From: Auanema rhodensis
Taxonomy: Eukaryota > Animalia > Nematoda
Length of the DNA: 16,312 bases
Reading direction: 5' to 3'
NCBI GenBank assembly: GCA_964057225.1
Contig: OZ059901.1
Span: forward strand, 1 to 16,312
The translations under genes and the position numbers were made by a program. This document shows positions 1 through 11,166 of the stretch, in pieces; the stretch's first letter is position 1; each line of letters begins with the position of its first letter. The notes below the pieces were generated by a model that was not told the origin of the DNA, ran no database searches, and was given only the letters and a program-made list of their open reading frames with translations.

Positions 1-57
1 CTCTTTTAGTTTATTTTATAAAATATGACTCTGAAGAAGTTAAGAAAATTAGGAGTG
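1..57 (+). tRNA. trnF: tRNA-Phe (GAA); first base is probably position 16312, so it spans the circular junction
   Basis: Anticodon arm TGACT-CTGAAGA-AGTTA; acceptor (A)CTCTT/AGGAGT; TV-replacement loop; lies between trnQ and cob. Confidence 0.93.
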
Positions 58-1170
58 ATAAAAAATAAAAATGGTTTATTAAATTTTGTTAATTCTTTGG
101 TTGTTAGTTTACCTACAAGAAAGACTTTAACTTTAAGTTGAAATTTTGGTAGAATGTTAGCTATAGTTTTAGCATTTCAAATTTTAACAGGTACTTTCTT
201 GGCATTTTATTATACTGCTGATAGGTCTATAGCTTTTTCAACAGTACAATATATTATGTATGAAGTTAATTTTGGTTGAGTTTTTCGTATTTTTCATTTT
301 AATGGTGCTAGTTTATTCTTTGTCTTTTTATATTTACATATTTTTAAAGCTTTATTCTTTATAAGATATCGTTTAAAGAAGGTTTGATTATCTGGTTTAA
401 CTTTATATTTATTAATTATAATAGAAGCTTTTATAGGTTATGTATTAGTTTGAGCACAGATGAGTTTCTGGGCAGCTGTAGTTATTACTAGTTTATTAAG
501 AGTTATTCCTATTTGAGGTCCTACTATTGTTACTTGAATTTGAAGAGGTTTTGGTGTTACTGGGGCAACTTTAAAATTTTTCTTTGTTTTACATTTTTTA
601 GTTCCTTGAGGTTTATTAGTAGTAGTTTTATTACATTTATTATTTTTACATAGAACAGGTAGAACTTCTAAGTTATATTGTCATGGTGACTATGATAAAA
701 TTAATTTTGGTCCAGAATACTGAGGAAAAGATGGTTATAATGTTGTTGTTTGATTATTATTCTTTGTTTTTTCTTTAGTTTATCCTTATAGATTAGGTGA
801 TCCTGAAATGTTTATTGAGGCTGATCCTATGATAAGACCAGTTCATATTGTTCCTGAGTGATATTTCTTATTTGCTTATGCTATTTTGCGTGCTATCCCT
901 AATAAGATTTTAGGGGTTATTGCTTTATTAATAAGAATTGCAGGATTCTATTTATTTGCATTTGTAAATAATTATACTTCTTGTTTAACTAAGTTAAATA
1001 AGTATTTAGTATTTACTTTTATTATTTCTTCGGTAATTTTAAGATGATTAGGTCAGTGTTTGGTAGAAGATCCATATACTTTGTTAAGACCTTTATTTTC
1101 TATTATTTATTTCGGTTTAATAATTTTAATATTTATAATTTTTAATTTTAGAAAATATTTATTTAAATAA
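58..1170 (+). CDS. cob: Cytochrome b
   Basis: ATA..TAA, 1113 bp in code 5; [19 protein letters not shown] and [23 protein letters not shown] motifs. Confidence 0.98.
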
Positions 1171-1175
1171 TAATT

Positions 1176-1234
1176 AACATGTATAGTATAAAGATAATAC
1201 ATTAGATTTAGATTCTAAAGATAGAATATATGTT
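1176..1234 (+). tRNA. trnL1: tRNA-Leu (TAG, CUN)
   Basis: Acceptor AACATGT/ATATGTT; arm TTAGA-TTTAGAT-TCTAA, anticodon 1209-1211. Confidence 0.93.
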
Positions 1235-2002
1235 ATTTATCATAATTTTCATATTTTAAGTTTATCTAGTTATGCATATTATATATTCTTTGCTTCTTTA
1301 GGTTTAACTTCATCTTTAGTTATATTTTTTAAATATGGTTTAGTTTGAATGTTTTTATTTTGTTTATTCACAGTTTTATTAATTTCTTTTGCTTGAGGAA
1401 AAGATATTTCTATAGAGGGTTTAAGAGGATATCATAATTTTTTTGTAATAGACGGTTTTAAGTTAGGTACTGTATTATTCATTTTTAGAGAATTTATATT
1501 TTTCTTTAGAATTTTCTGAGCATTTTTTGATGCTGCTTTAGTACCAGTACATGAGTTAGGTGAGACATGGTCTCCTATAGGTATGCATTTAGTTAATCCA
1601 TTTGGAGTACCTTTATTGAATACAATTATTTTATTAAGAAGGGGTGTTACAGTAACATGAGCACATCATAGTTTATTAAGTAATAAAAGATGTACTAATA
1701 GATTAGCTTTAACTTGTTTTTTAGCTGTTTATTTTACTGGTATTCAGTTAATGGAATATAGAGAAGCTAGTTTCTCTATCTCTGATGGTGTTTTTGGTAG
1801 AATTTTTTATTTAGCTACAGGTTTCCACGGTATTCATGTTTTATGTGGTGGTTTATTTTTAGCTTTTAATTTCTTTCGTTTATTAAAATCTCATTTTAAT
1901 TATAATCACCATTTAGGTTTAGAATTTGCAATCTTATATTGACATTTTGTTGATGTAGTTTGATTATTCTTATTTGTTTTCGTTTATTGATGATCTTACT
2001 AA
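1235..2002 (+). CDS. cox3: Cytochrome c oxidase subunit III
   Basis: ATT..TAA, 768 bp; starts [12 protein letters not shown]; ATGFHGIHV and YWHFVDVVWLFLF motifs. Confidence 0.98.
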
Positions 2003-2005
2003 TAA

Positions 2006-2062
2006 GCTATTATAGTTTAATTATAGAATATATAACTTGTAATTATAAGGTTTTGAGTAGCT
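2006..2062 (+). tRNA. trnT: tRNA-Thr (TGT)
   Basis: Acceptor GCTATT/AGTAGC; arm TATAA-CTTGTAA-TTATA. Confidence 0.93.
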
Positions 2063-3292
2063 TTGTTAGATTTTTTCTTAGTTTTAATGGTTTGATTTAT
2101 GAAGCCTGTTTATTTCTTCTTTTTTGTTTTGTTTTTTTCTTTAATCATTTTTAATAATATTTCTTGAGCGGGGGTTTTTATAGTAGTTGATTCGTATACA
2201 TTTGTATTGTTAATTATTATAAGGGTTTTTATTTTAGGTATTATTTTAATAAGAGAAAAGAATTATAATTTATTATTTTTATCTGAATTATTGGTTGTAA
2301 TTTGTATTTTGTTTTTTGTACCTAGAAATATAATGATATTATATATGTTTTTTGAATTATCTATGTTTCCTATTCTAGTAATGATTTTAGGTTATGGTTC
2401 TCAAATTGAGAAAATTAATTCTTCTTATTATTTAATATTCTATGCTGCATTCTGTTCTTTTCCATTTTTATTTGTTTATTTCAAGAGAGACTTTAGCTTA
2501 GTTTTTTCTTATTTTGATTTTTTTATTTCTTGAGAGATATTTTTTATTTTAAGTTTAAGATTTATGATAAAATTTCCAATTTATTTTTTACATTTATGAT
2601 TACCAAAGGCCCATGTTGAGGCTCCTACAACAGCTAGAATATTATTGGCTGGATTATTGTTAAAGTTAGGGACTGCAGGGTTTTTACGTATTTTAGGTAG
2701 AATAAATTTTATTCATAATAATGTTTGAATTTTGATTGCCTTTTTAGGTATGATTTTAGGGTCTTTTTGTTGTGTTTTTCAAAGTGATTCTAAGTCTTTA
2801 GCAGCTTATTCTTCGGTAACTCATATAAGATTTTTATTATTAGCTTTAGTATTTATTTCTATAAGGGGTAAAGTTAGAAGTTTAATATTAATATTGGCTC
2901 ATGGTTATACTTCAACATTAATATTTTACTTGATTGGTGAGTTTTATCATACTTCTTCTAGGCGTATAATTTATTTTATAAATAGATTCTTTAGATCTAG
3001 AATAATGATGGGTATTTTATTTGCAGTTGTATTCTTATCTAATAGAGGGGTACCTCCTTCTTTATCTTTTTTATCTGAATTTATTGTAATTGCTAATGGT
3101 TTAATGGTAGTTAAATCTATATTCTTTATAATTTTTATTTATTTCTTGGTTTCTTTTTATTATTCTTTATTTTTGATTACTAGTTCTTTAATGGGTAAGA
3201 AATTTATTAACTTTAATAGGTGAAATATCGGATTCTCTGCTCCTTTAGTATTCATGATATATAATATTTTCTGATTAAGAATTTTTTACTAA
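2063..3292 (+). CDS. nad4: NADH dehydrogenase subunit 4
   Basis: TTG..TAA, 1230 bp; [26 protein letters not shown] and LAAYSSVTH motifs. Confidence 0.97.
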
Positions 3293-3543
3293 ATTTATTT
3301 TTTTTTGTTTTATACTATTCTCTATACGATTATCGTTACTTTGGGGGTATAGTCTATACACATAGGATTTTAATGTCTCAAGGTATGCTGCAAGGTAGGT
3401 ACCTTGCAGAGGATATCGTGAAATGGAAAATTCTTTAGTACAAAAAATCTGGTCTTGACCAGAGAGATAGGGGGTCCTCTTCAGGAGACAACCTTCGAAT
3501 ATTTAATTTAAGAGTCAATTTGTTTGAAGAAGAAATCTCTTAA
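3293..3543. promoter_or_regulatory. Short non-coding region between nad4 and cox1 (251 bp), rich in hairpins and duplicated in the long NCR
   Basis: Lies between the nad4 TAA and the cox1 start; perfect inverted repeats CTGCAAGGTA-GG-TACCTTGCAG (3388-3409) and TCTGGTC-TT-GACCAGA (3448-3463); same position as the short NCR of other chromadorean nematodes. A regulatory role is inferred. Confidence 0.8.

Positions 3544-3553
<10 letters not shown>
3316..3553 (+). repeat. Dispersed direct repeat, copy 1 (partner 10125-10362)
   Basis: 238 bp ungapped match at offset 6809; mismatches only at 3323, 3514 and 3529. Confidence 0.97.
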
Positions 3554-5121
<1,568 letters not shown>

Positions 5122-5123
5122 TA

Positions 5124-5178
5124 AAAATCTTAGTATATTTAGTATATTTAATTGCAAATTAAAAGGTAATAGGTTTTT
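5124..5178 (+). tRNA. trnC: tRNA-Cys (GCA)
   Basis: Acceptor AAAATCT/AGGTTTT; arm TTTAA-TTGCAAA-TTAAA. Confidence 0.93.
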
Positions 5179-5238
5179 AATAAGATAGGATAAGTAAGTC
5201 TATAAGGTTCATACCCTTGAGGTGGTTTTCTCTTATTA
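5179..5238 (+). tRNA. trnM: tRNA-Met (CAT)
   Basis: Acceptor AATAAGA/TCTTATT; arm TAAGG-TTCATAC-CCTTG. Confidence 0.95.
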
Positions 5239-5239
5239 C

Positions 5240-5294
5240 AAAGTTTTAGTATAATCAAGTATATTTTATTGTCAATAAAAAGGTTAAAACTTTA
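5240..5294 (+). tRNA. trnD: tRNA-Asp (GTC)
   Basis: Acceptor AAAGTTT/AAACTTT; arm TTTTA-TTGTCAA-TAAAA. Confidence 0.94.
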
Positions 5295-5302
5295 TTTATT
5301 AT

Positions 5303-5357
5303 GATTCTTTAGTATATTTAGTATGTTTGACTTCCAATCAAAAGGATTTAAGGATTA
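5303..5357 (+). tRNA. trnG: tRNA-Gly (TCC)
   Basis: Acceptor GATTCTT/AAGGATT; arm TTTGA-CTTCCAA-TCAAA. Confidence 0.94.
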
Positions 5358-6053
5358 ATTAATAATTTTTTTCAAGGATTTAATTTAAATTTTTCTCATA
5401 GATTATTTTCAAGTTATATGGATTGATTCCATAATTTTAATTGTAGTTTATTATTTGGTGTATTAGTATTTGTAGTTTTATTGTTCTATTATTTAATTGT
5501 TAGAACTTTTTATTTTAAAAGAAAGAAGATTGAGTACCAATTTGGTGAATTATTATGTAGGGTTTTCCCAACTTTAATTTTATTAATACAGATGGTACCT
5601 TCTTTAAGATTATTATACTATTATGGTTTAATAAATTTAGATAGAAACTTGACTGTTAAGGTGACAGGACATCAGTGATATTGAAGATATGAATTTAGAG
5701 ATATTCCTGGTTTGGAGTTTGATTCTTATATGAAATCTTTAGATCAGTTGAATTTAGGTGAGCCTCGTTTATTAGAAGTTGATAATCGTTGTGTAGTACC
5801 TTGTGATACTAATATTCGTTTTTGTATTACATCAGCTGATGTAATTCATGCTTGAGCTTTACCAACTTTAGCTGTAAAGTTAGATGCTATAAGAGGTATT
5901 TTAAGAACTTTATGTTATAGATTCCCTGTAGTAGGTGTTTTTTATGGACAGTGTTCAGAGATTTGTGGTGCTAATCATAGATTTATGCCTATTGTTTTAG
6001 AAGTTACTTTATTGGAGAATTTCAAAAGATGATGTTTTAGTAATTTAGATTAA
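5358..6053 (+). CDS. cox2: Cytochrome c oxidase subunit II
   Basis: ATT..TAA, 696 bp; GHQWYWSY and the CuA motif GQCSEICGANHSFMP. Confidence 0.98.
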
Positions 6054-6055
6054 TA

Positions 6056-6109
6056 AGCTTTTTAGTTTATATAAAATGTTTGCTTGTGGTGCAAAAGAAT
6101 TTAGAGCTT
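6056..6109 (+). tRNA. trnH: tRNA-His (GTG)
   Basis: Arm TTTGC-TTGTGGT-GCAAA; acceptor AGCTTT/AGAGCT. Confidence 0.93.
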
Positions 6110-7071
6110 TAAATTGAATTGTTTTAAATATTGGTATTGCATATCATTAAAGGAAAATTTCATTTTTGATGAAAAATAGAAACAAAAGGTAGAAGGAAAT
6201 TTAGTTTTATTGTTTCATAATAAAAATTAATTTCTTTAGAGTTGATATGTCGACTTTTGTGATAACTGTATTATATATTTATATTAGAAAATTATATAGA
6301 TAATGTTTAATTATTGGAAATAAAAAATTTGTAGTGTTTAAATTTTAAGTTTTACAACTTTTTCTAAATAATAGATGTATATTATAATAAATATTTAATA
6401 AGATTTTATTAAATAAATAATCTTTGAATAAGTAGGTTTATAAAAATTATAAATTAATAGAATATAATTGAAGAACTTGAAGTCTTGATCAAATGTTTTT
6501 TAAAGACTTAGGCTTTTTAATAAAGCTGACTTCTGCCCTATGAAATTTAAATGGCAGTCTTAGCGTGAGGACATTAAGGTAGCAAAATAATTTGTGCTTT
6601 TATTGAGTTCCAGTATGAATGGAGTTATTGGTTAGTTCTCTTTATATTTTATTTCTGAATTTAATATTTATTTAAGAAAAAATAAATATATTTATACAAA
6701 GATAAGTCTTCGGAAATTCTATTATTAAATATTCTTTTGTTTATTTAATAAATTTTCTAGGGCAGAATATTATATAATTGTATTTCACTATTAATAATAT
6801 AAAGAATTACTCCGGAGTTAACAGAAAATCATACCTAATCCAGTTCTTATGGTAAGGTAAGTTTTACATCGATGTTGTATTTAGGTAATCTAAGAAAGGA
6901 GAAGATTTAGGTATTTCTAGACTGTTCTTCTAATAAATAACCTAACGTGATATTAGTTTAATTCATTGCGAGATAGAATTGTTTATCTTGATAAATATTC
7001 AATATTAAGATATTTAGTACGAGAGGAACATTATAAAAGTTTTAAACTTTTTAAAAAGAATTTATTCTTTA
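6110..7071 (+). rRNA. rrnL: Large subunit mitochondrial rRNA (~960 nt; ends set by flanking genes)
   Basis: Between trnH and nad3; peptidyl-transferase-region motif TTTTACATCGATGTTG and sarcin-ricin loop AGTACGAGAGGA (7016-7027). Confidence 0.95.
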
Positions 7072-7407
7072 ATTTTAGTTTTAATTATAGTTTTATCATT
7101 TACTTTAATTTTGTTAGTTGCATTTTATGTTATTAATTTTTTATTGAGAATTAAGGATCTTAATAAAAATAAGGTAAGGGCTTTTGAGAGAGGATTTATA
7201 AGAATTGGTAAGATTCAAAATTCTTTTAGAATTCATTTTTTTATTATAATATTAATATTTGTAATTTTTGATTTGGAGATTGTTATATTTTTAGGGATTT
7301 TAGTTTCTGATATAAGATCTTTTGTTAGTTTTTTATTAATATTTACTTTCATTTTTGGTGGTTTTTATATGGAATGATGATACGGTAAGTTGATTTGAGT
7401 TATTTAA
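7072..7407 (+). CDS. nad3: NADH dehydrogenase subunit 3
   Basis: ATT..TAA, 336 bp; AFESGF loop, FVIFDLEIV and EWWYGKLIWVI motifs. Confidence 0.96.
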
Positions 7408-8990
7408 TTAATATTTCTATTTTTTTGATTGGTATTGTTTTTTTATTTGGGGGTTTGATGGTTTGATCTTTACCTTTTATAAAATTAACTGTTAGAGTTC
7501 TTGAGTGGGATTTCTTAAGTTTAAAATTTAATTTTTATTTTAATAGTGTATTATTTTCTTTTATTTTATTTTTAGTAACTTTAAGAGTTTTAGTTTTTAG
7601 AACTTATTATTTAAACGGAGAATTAAATTTTAATTATTATTATTTTGTTTTACTAATTTTTGTTGGTAGAATGTTTATATTGAATTTTAGTAATAGTATT
7701 TTTACAATGTTATTAAGTTGAGATTTATTAGGTATTTCTAGTTTTTTTTTAGTTTTATTTTATAATAATTGAGATAGTTGTAGTGGTGCTATGAATACTG
7801 CTTTAACTAATCGTATAGGTGATTATTTTATATTTGTTTTTTTTAGAGGTTCAATTTTTAGTGGTTATTATTTTTTAACTTTTAGAATATTTTGTAGTTA
7901 TATAACTTTAATATTATTATTTACAGCTTTTACTAAAAGGGCACAGTTTCCTTTTAGGAGATGATTACCTAAAGCTATAAGGGCTCCAACTCCTGTTAGT
8001 TCTTTAGTACATAGAAGGACTTTAGTTACAGCTGGTTTAATTTTATTAATAAATTTTAGTAATTTAGTATTACAGAAAAATGTAATTAGAATTATTTTAA
8101 TTATTGGTTTATTTACTATATTTTTTTCTAGAATTACAGCTTTAGTTGAAGAAGATTTAAAGAAGGTGGTTGCTTTAAGTACATTATCACAAATAGGTTT
8201 TTCTATAGTAACTCTTGGTTTAGGTTTAAGATTTGTTTCTTTTATTCATTTAATTAGGCATGCTTTATTTAAGAGTTGTTTATTTATACAAGTAGGTTAT
8301 ATTATTCATTGTTCTTTTGGGCAACAGGATGGACGAAATTATAGTAATAATGGTAATTTACCAAATTTTATTCAGATTCAGTTATTAGTAACTTTATTTT
8401 GTTTATGTGGTTTAATTTTTTCTAGTGGTGCTGTTAGAAAAGATTTTATTTTGGAAATATTTTTCTCTAATAATTATATAATTTTTTTTAGTTTAATATT
8501 TTTTGTTTCTGTTTTTTTAACTTTTGGTTATAGTTATCGTTTATGAAAAAGATTCTTCTTAAGATTTAATAAAGTTATAAATCACTACAGAAGTAGAATT
8601 TTTATAAATTTTTTAAGTTTAGCTTTGGTTATTTTTTCTATTAGTTTTTTATGATGATTAAATTTTAATATAATGAATATTCCTAGTTTATTCTTATATG
8701 TAGATTTTTTTGCACCTTTATTTTTTTTATTTTTAATAATCTTTTTATCATTCTTATTGGTAAAATTTATTATAAAAGAGTTAACTTATAAGTTTTTAGT
8801 TGATTATTTGGCTAAGAATAGTATTTGAAAGATAAAGAATTTAAAATTTATAGATTTATTTTTACATAATATAATTTCTAAAGGTTTTAGTTTTTCTTTA
8901 ATAAGAAGTTTATTTTCTGGTAATTATTTGAAAAGTTTAAATTATAATAGTATTGTTATTGTAATTTTTATAATTTTCTTAATATTTTAG
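7407..8990 (+). CDS. nad5: NADH dehydrogenase subunit 5
   Basis: ATT (1-nt overlap with nad3 stop)..TAG, 1584 bp; [32 protein letters not shown] and HALFKSCLF motifs. Confidence 0.97.
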
Positions 8991-8991
8991 T

Positions 8992-9046
8992 GGGGTTTTA
9001 TTTTAATTAAAAATATATGTTTTGCATACATAAGATCTAAGCTCTA
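8992..9046 (+). tRNA. trnA: tRNA-Ala (TGC)
   Basis: Acceptor GGGGTTT/AAGCTCT; arm TATGT-TTTGCAT-ACATA. Confidence 0.93.
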
Positions 9047-9050
9047 TAAA

Positions 9051-10240
9051 TTGTAATTTTTTTTTGAAAAAATATTTTATTTTTTTTTTGTCATTTTTGT
9101 TATTCTCCATACGATTATCGTTACTTTGGGGGTATAGTCTATACACATAGGATTTTAATGTCTCAAGGTATGCTGCAAGGTAGGTACCTTGCAGAGGATA
9201 TCGTGAAATGGAAAATATATGAATATTTTTTTTACTCAAAATTATAAATTTTTTTTGTAATTTTTTTTTGAAAAAATATTTTATTTTTTTTTTTGTCATT
9301 TTTGTTATTCTCCATACGATTATCGTTACTTTGGGGGTATAGTCTATACACATAGGATTTTAATGTCTCAAGGTATGCTGCAAGGTAGGTACCTTGCAGA
9401 GGATATCGTGAAATGGAAAATATATGAATATTTTTTTTACTCAAAATTATAAATTTTTTTTGTAATTTTTTTTTTTGAAAAAATATTTTATTTTTTTTTG
9501 TCATTTTTGTTATTCTCCATACGATTATCGTTACTTTGGGGGTATAGTCTATACACATAGGATTTTAATGTCTCAAGGTATGCTGCAAGGTAGGTACCTT
9601 GCAGAGGATATCGTGAAATGGAAAATATATGAATATTTTTTTTACTCAAAATTATAAATTTTTTTTTGTAATTTTTTTTTTGAAAAAATATTTTATTTTT
9701 TTTTTGTCATTTTTGTTATTCTCCATACGATTATCGTTACTTTGGGGGTATAGTCTATACACATAGGATTTTAATGTCTCAAGGTATGCTGCAAGGTAGG
9801 TACCTTGCAGAGGATATCGTGAAATGGAAAATATATGAATATTTTTTTTACTCAAAATTATAAATTTTTTTTGTAATTTTTTTTTTGAAAAAATATTTTA
9901 TTTTTTTTTTGTCATTTTTGTTATTCTCCATACGATTATCGTTACTTTGGGGGTATAGTCTATACACATAGGATTTTAATGTCTCAAGGTATGCTGCAAG
10001 GTAGGTACCTTGCAGAGGATATCGTGAAATGGAAAATATATGAATATTTTTTTTACTCAAAATTATAAATTTTTTTTGTAATTTTTTTTGAAAAAATATT
10101 TTATTTTTTTTTTGTCATTTTTGTTATTCTCCATACGATTATCGTTACTTTGGGGGTATAGTCTATACACATAGGATTTTAATGTCTCAAGGTATGCTGC
10201 AAGGTAGGTACCTTGCAGAGGATATCGTGAAATGGAAAAT
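9051..10240 (+). repeat. Tandem array of a ~205-bp unit, about 5.8 copies
   Basis: Core TATTCTCCATACGATTATCG starts at 9101, 9306, 9511, 9717, 9922 and 10125 (periods 205, 205, 206, 205, 203); the differences I can see are poly-T lengths. Confidence 0.98.
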
Positions 10241-10362
10241 TCTTTAGTACAAAAAATCTGGTCTTGACCAGAGAGATAGGGGGTCCTCTTCAGGAGACAA
10301 CCTTCGAATATTTAATTTAAGAATCAATTTGTTTGAAAAAGAAATCTCTTAAATCAATATAT
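10125..10362 (+). repeat. Dispersed direct repeat, copy 2 (partner 3316-3553)
   Basis: Last array core plus its unique 3' flank match the nad4-cox1 spacer at 235/238. Confidence 0.97.
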
Positions 10363-10465
10363 ATAAATATATACTAAATTATATTAAAATATATAAATTT
10401 ATATATAAATATATAAATTTATATATATTTATATATATAAATAATATATTATATATATAATATAT

Positions 10466-10745
<280 letters not shown>

Positions 10746-10782
10746 ACATATATATATGTATTATGTAATACATATATATATG

Positions 10783-10976
10783 TTATATCAATATTATAAT
10801 ATATATTTATATTATAATTAATATAAATATATATTATATTTATATATATATATAATATATATATATCACAAGATATATATATATTATATAGGTATATATA
10901 TATTTATATATATATATCAGTATATATACTATATATATACTATGTCTAGTATATATATATGTATAAATACGTATAT

Positions 10977-11008
<32 letters not shown>

Positions 11009-11164
11009 TATATATATGTATATATATATATATATATATGAACAATATAAATATATATTTTATAAACAAAATATATATATATATAGTATATATATATATA
11101 CATATATATAATATATTATATATATACACTATGTATAGTGTATATATATAATATATATTTAAAT
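10783..11164 (+). repeat. AT-rich ~380-bp direct repeat, copy 1
   Basis: Shares ordered landmarks with 11408-11784: TATCAATATT, TATAGGTATA, ATCAGTAT, ACTATGTCTAGT, AAATACGTA, TAAACAAAA, ACACTATGTATAGTGT. Confidence 0.93.
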
Positions 11165-11166
11165 AT

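Noticed and set aside
469-477. Cytochrome b has Ala at the yeast G143-equivalent Qo position (FWAAVV)
   Set aside because: As far as I know this is the usual nematode state, so it is not specific to this genome.
1960-2154. 64-aa ORF from the track
   Set aside because: Out-of-frame overlap of the cox3 end, trnT and the nad4 start.
3493-3529. Armless or suppressor tRNA-like stem around TTTAA (a UAA-suppressor-like tRNA has, as I recall, been proposed in Pristionchus pacificus mtDNA)
   Set aside because: The anticodon-like arm has a mismatch and a 6-nt loop, and the second copy loses the terminal pair. The protein genes here have the expected lengths with no premature stop noticed.
3295-3543. 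Nearly open frame across the short NCR in frame with cox1; possible hidden atp8 or cox1 extension
   Set aside because: It is interrupted by TAG (3436-3438) and TAA (3541-3543), has no MPQ-like start, and has atypical codon use. atp8 is normally absent from chromadorean nematode mtDNA.
9101-9217. Hammerhead ribozyme resemblance (TCCA-TA ... CAGAGGA-TATCGT-GAAA-TGGA)
   Set aside because: The core would be CAGAGGA rather than CUGANGA, stem II cannot form, stem I has only ~3 bp, and the CAG is sequestered in the 10-bp hairpin. An Infernal search or in vitro cleavage assay would settle it.
9003-10060. Repeated minus-strand ORFs (67-116 aa) and the + strand ORF 9475-9657 in the tandem array
   Set aside because: They are by-products of the repeat. 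Frames change with poly-T length between units, all real genes are on +, codon use is unlike the mt genes, and I recognise no protein motif.
9051-10240. CRISPR-like alternation of a palindromic core and a linker
   Set aside because: The linkers are identical rather than unique spacers, the unit is far too long, there are no cas genes, and the context is an animal mitochondrion.
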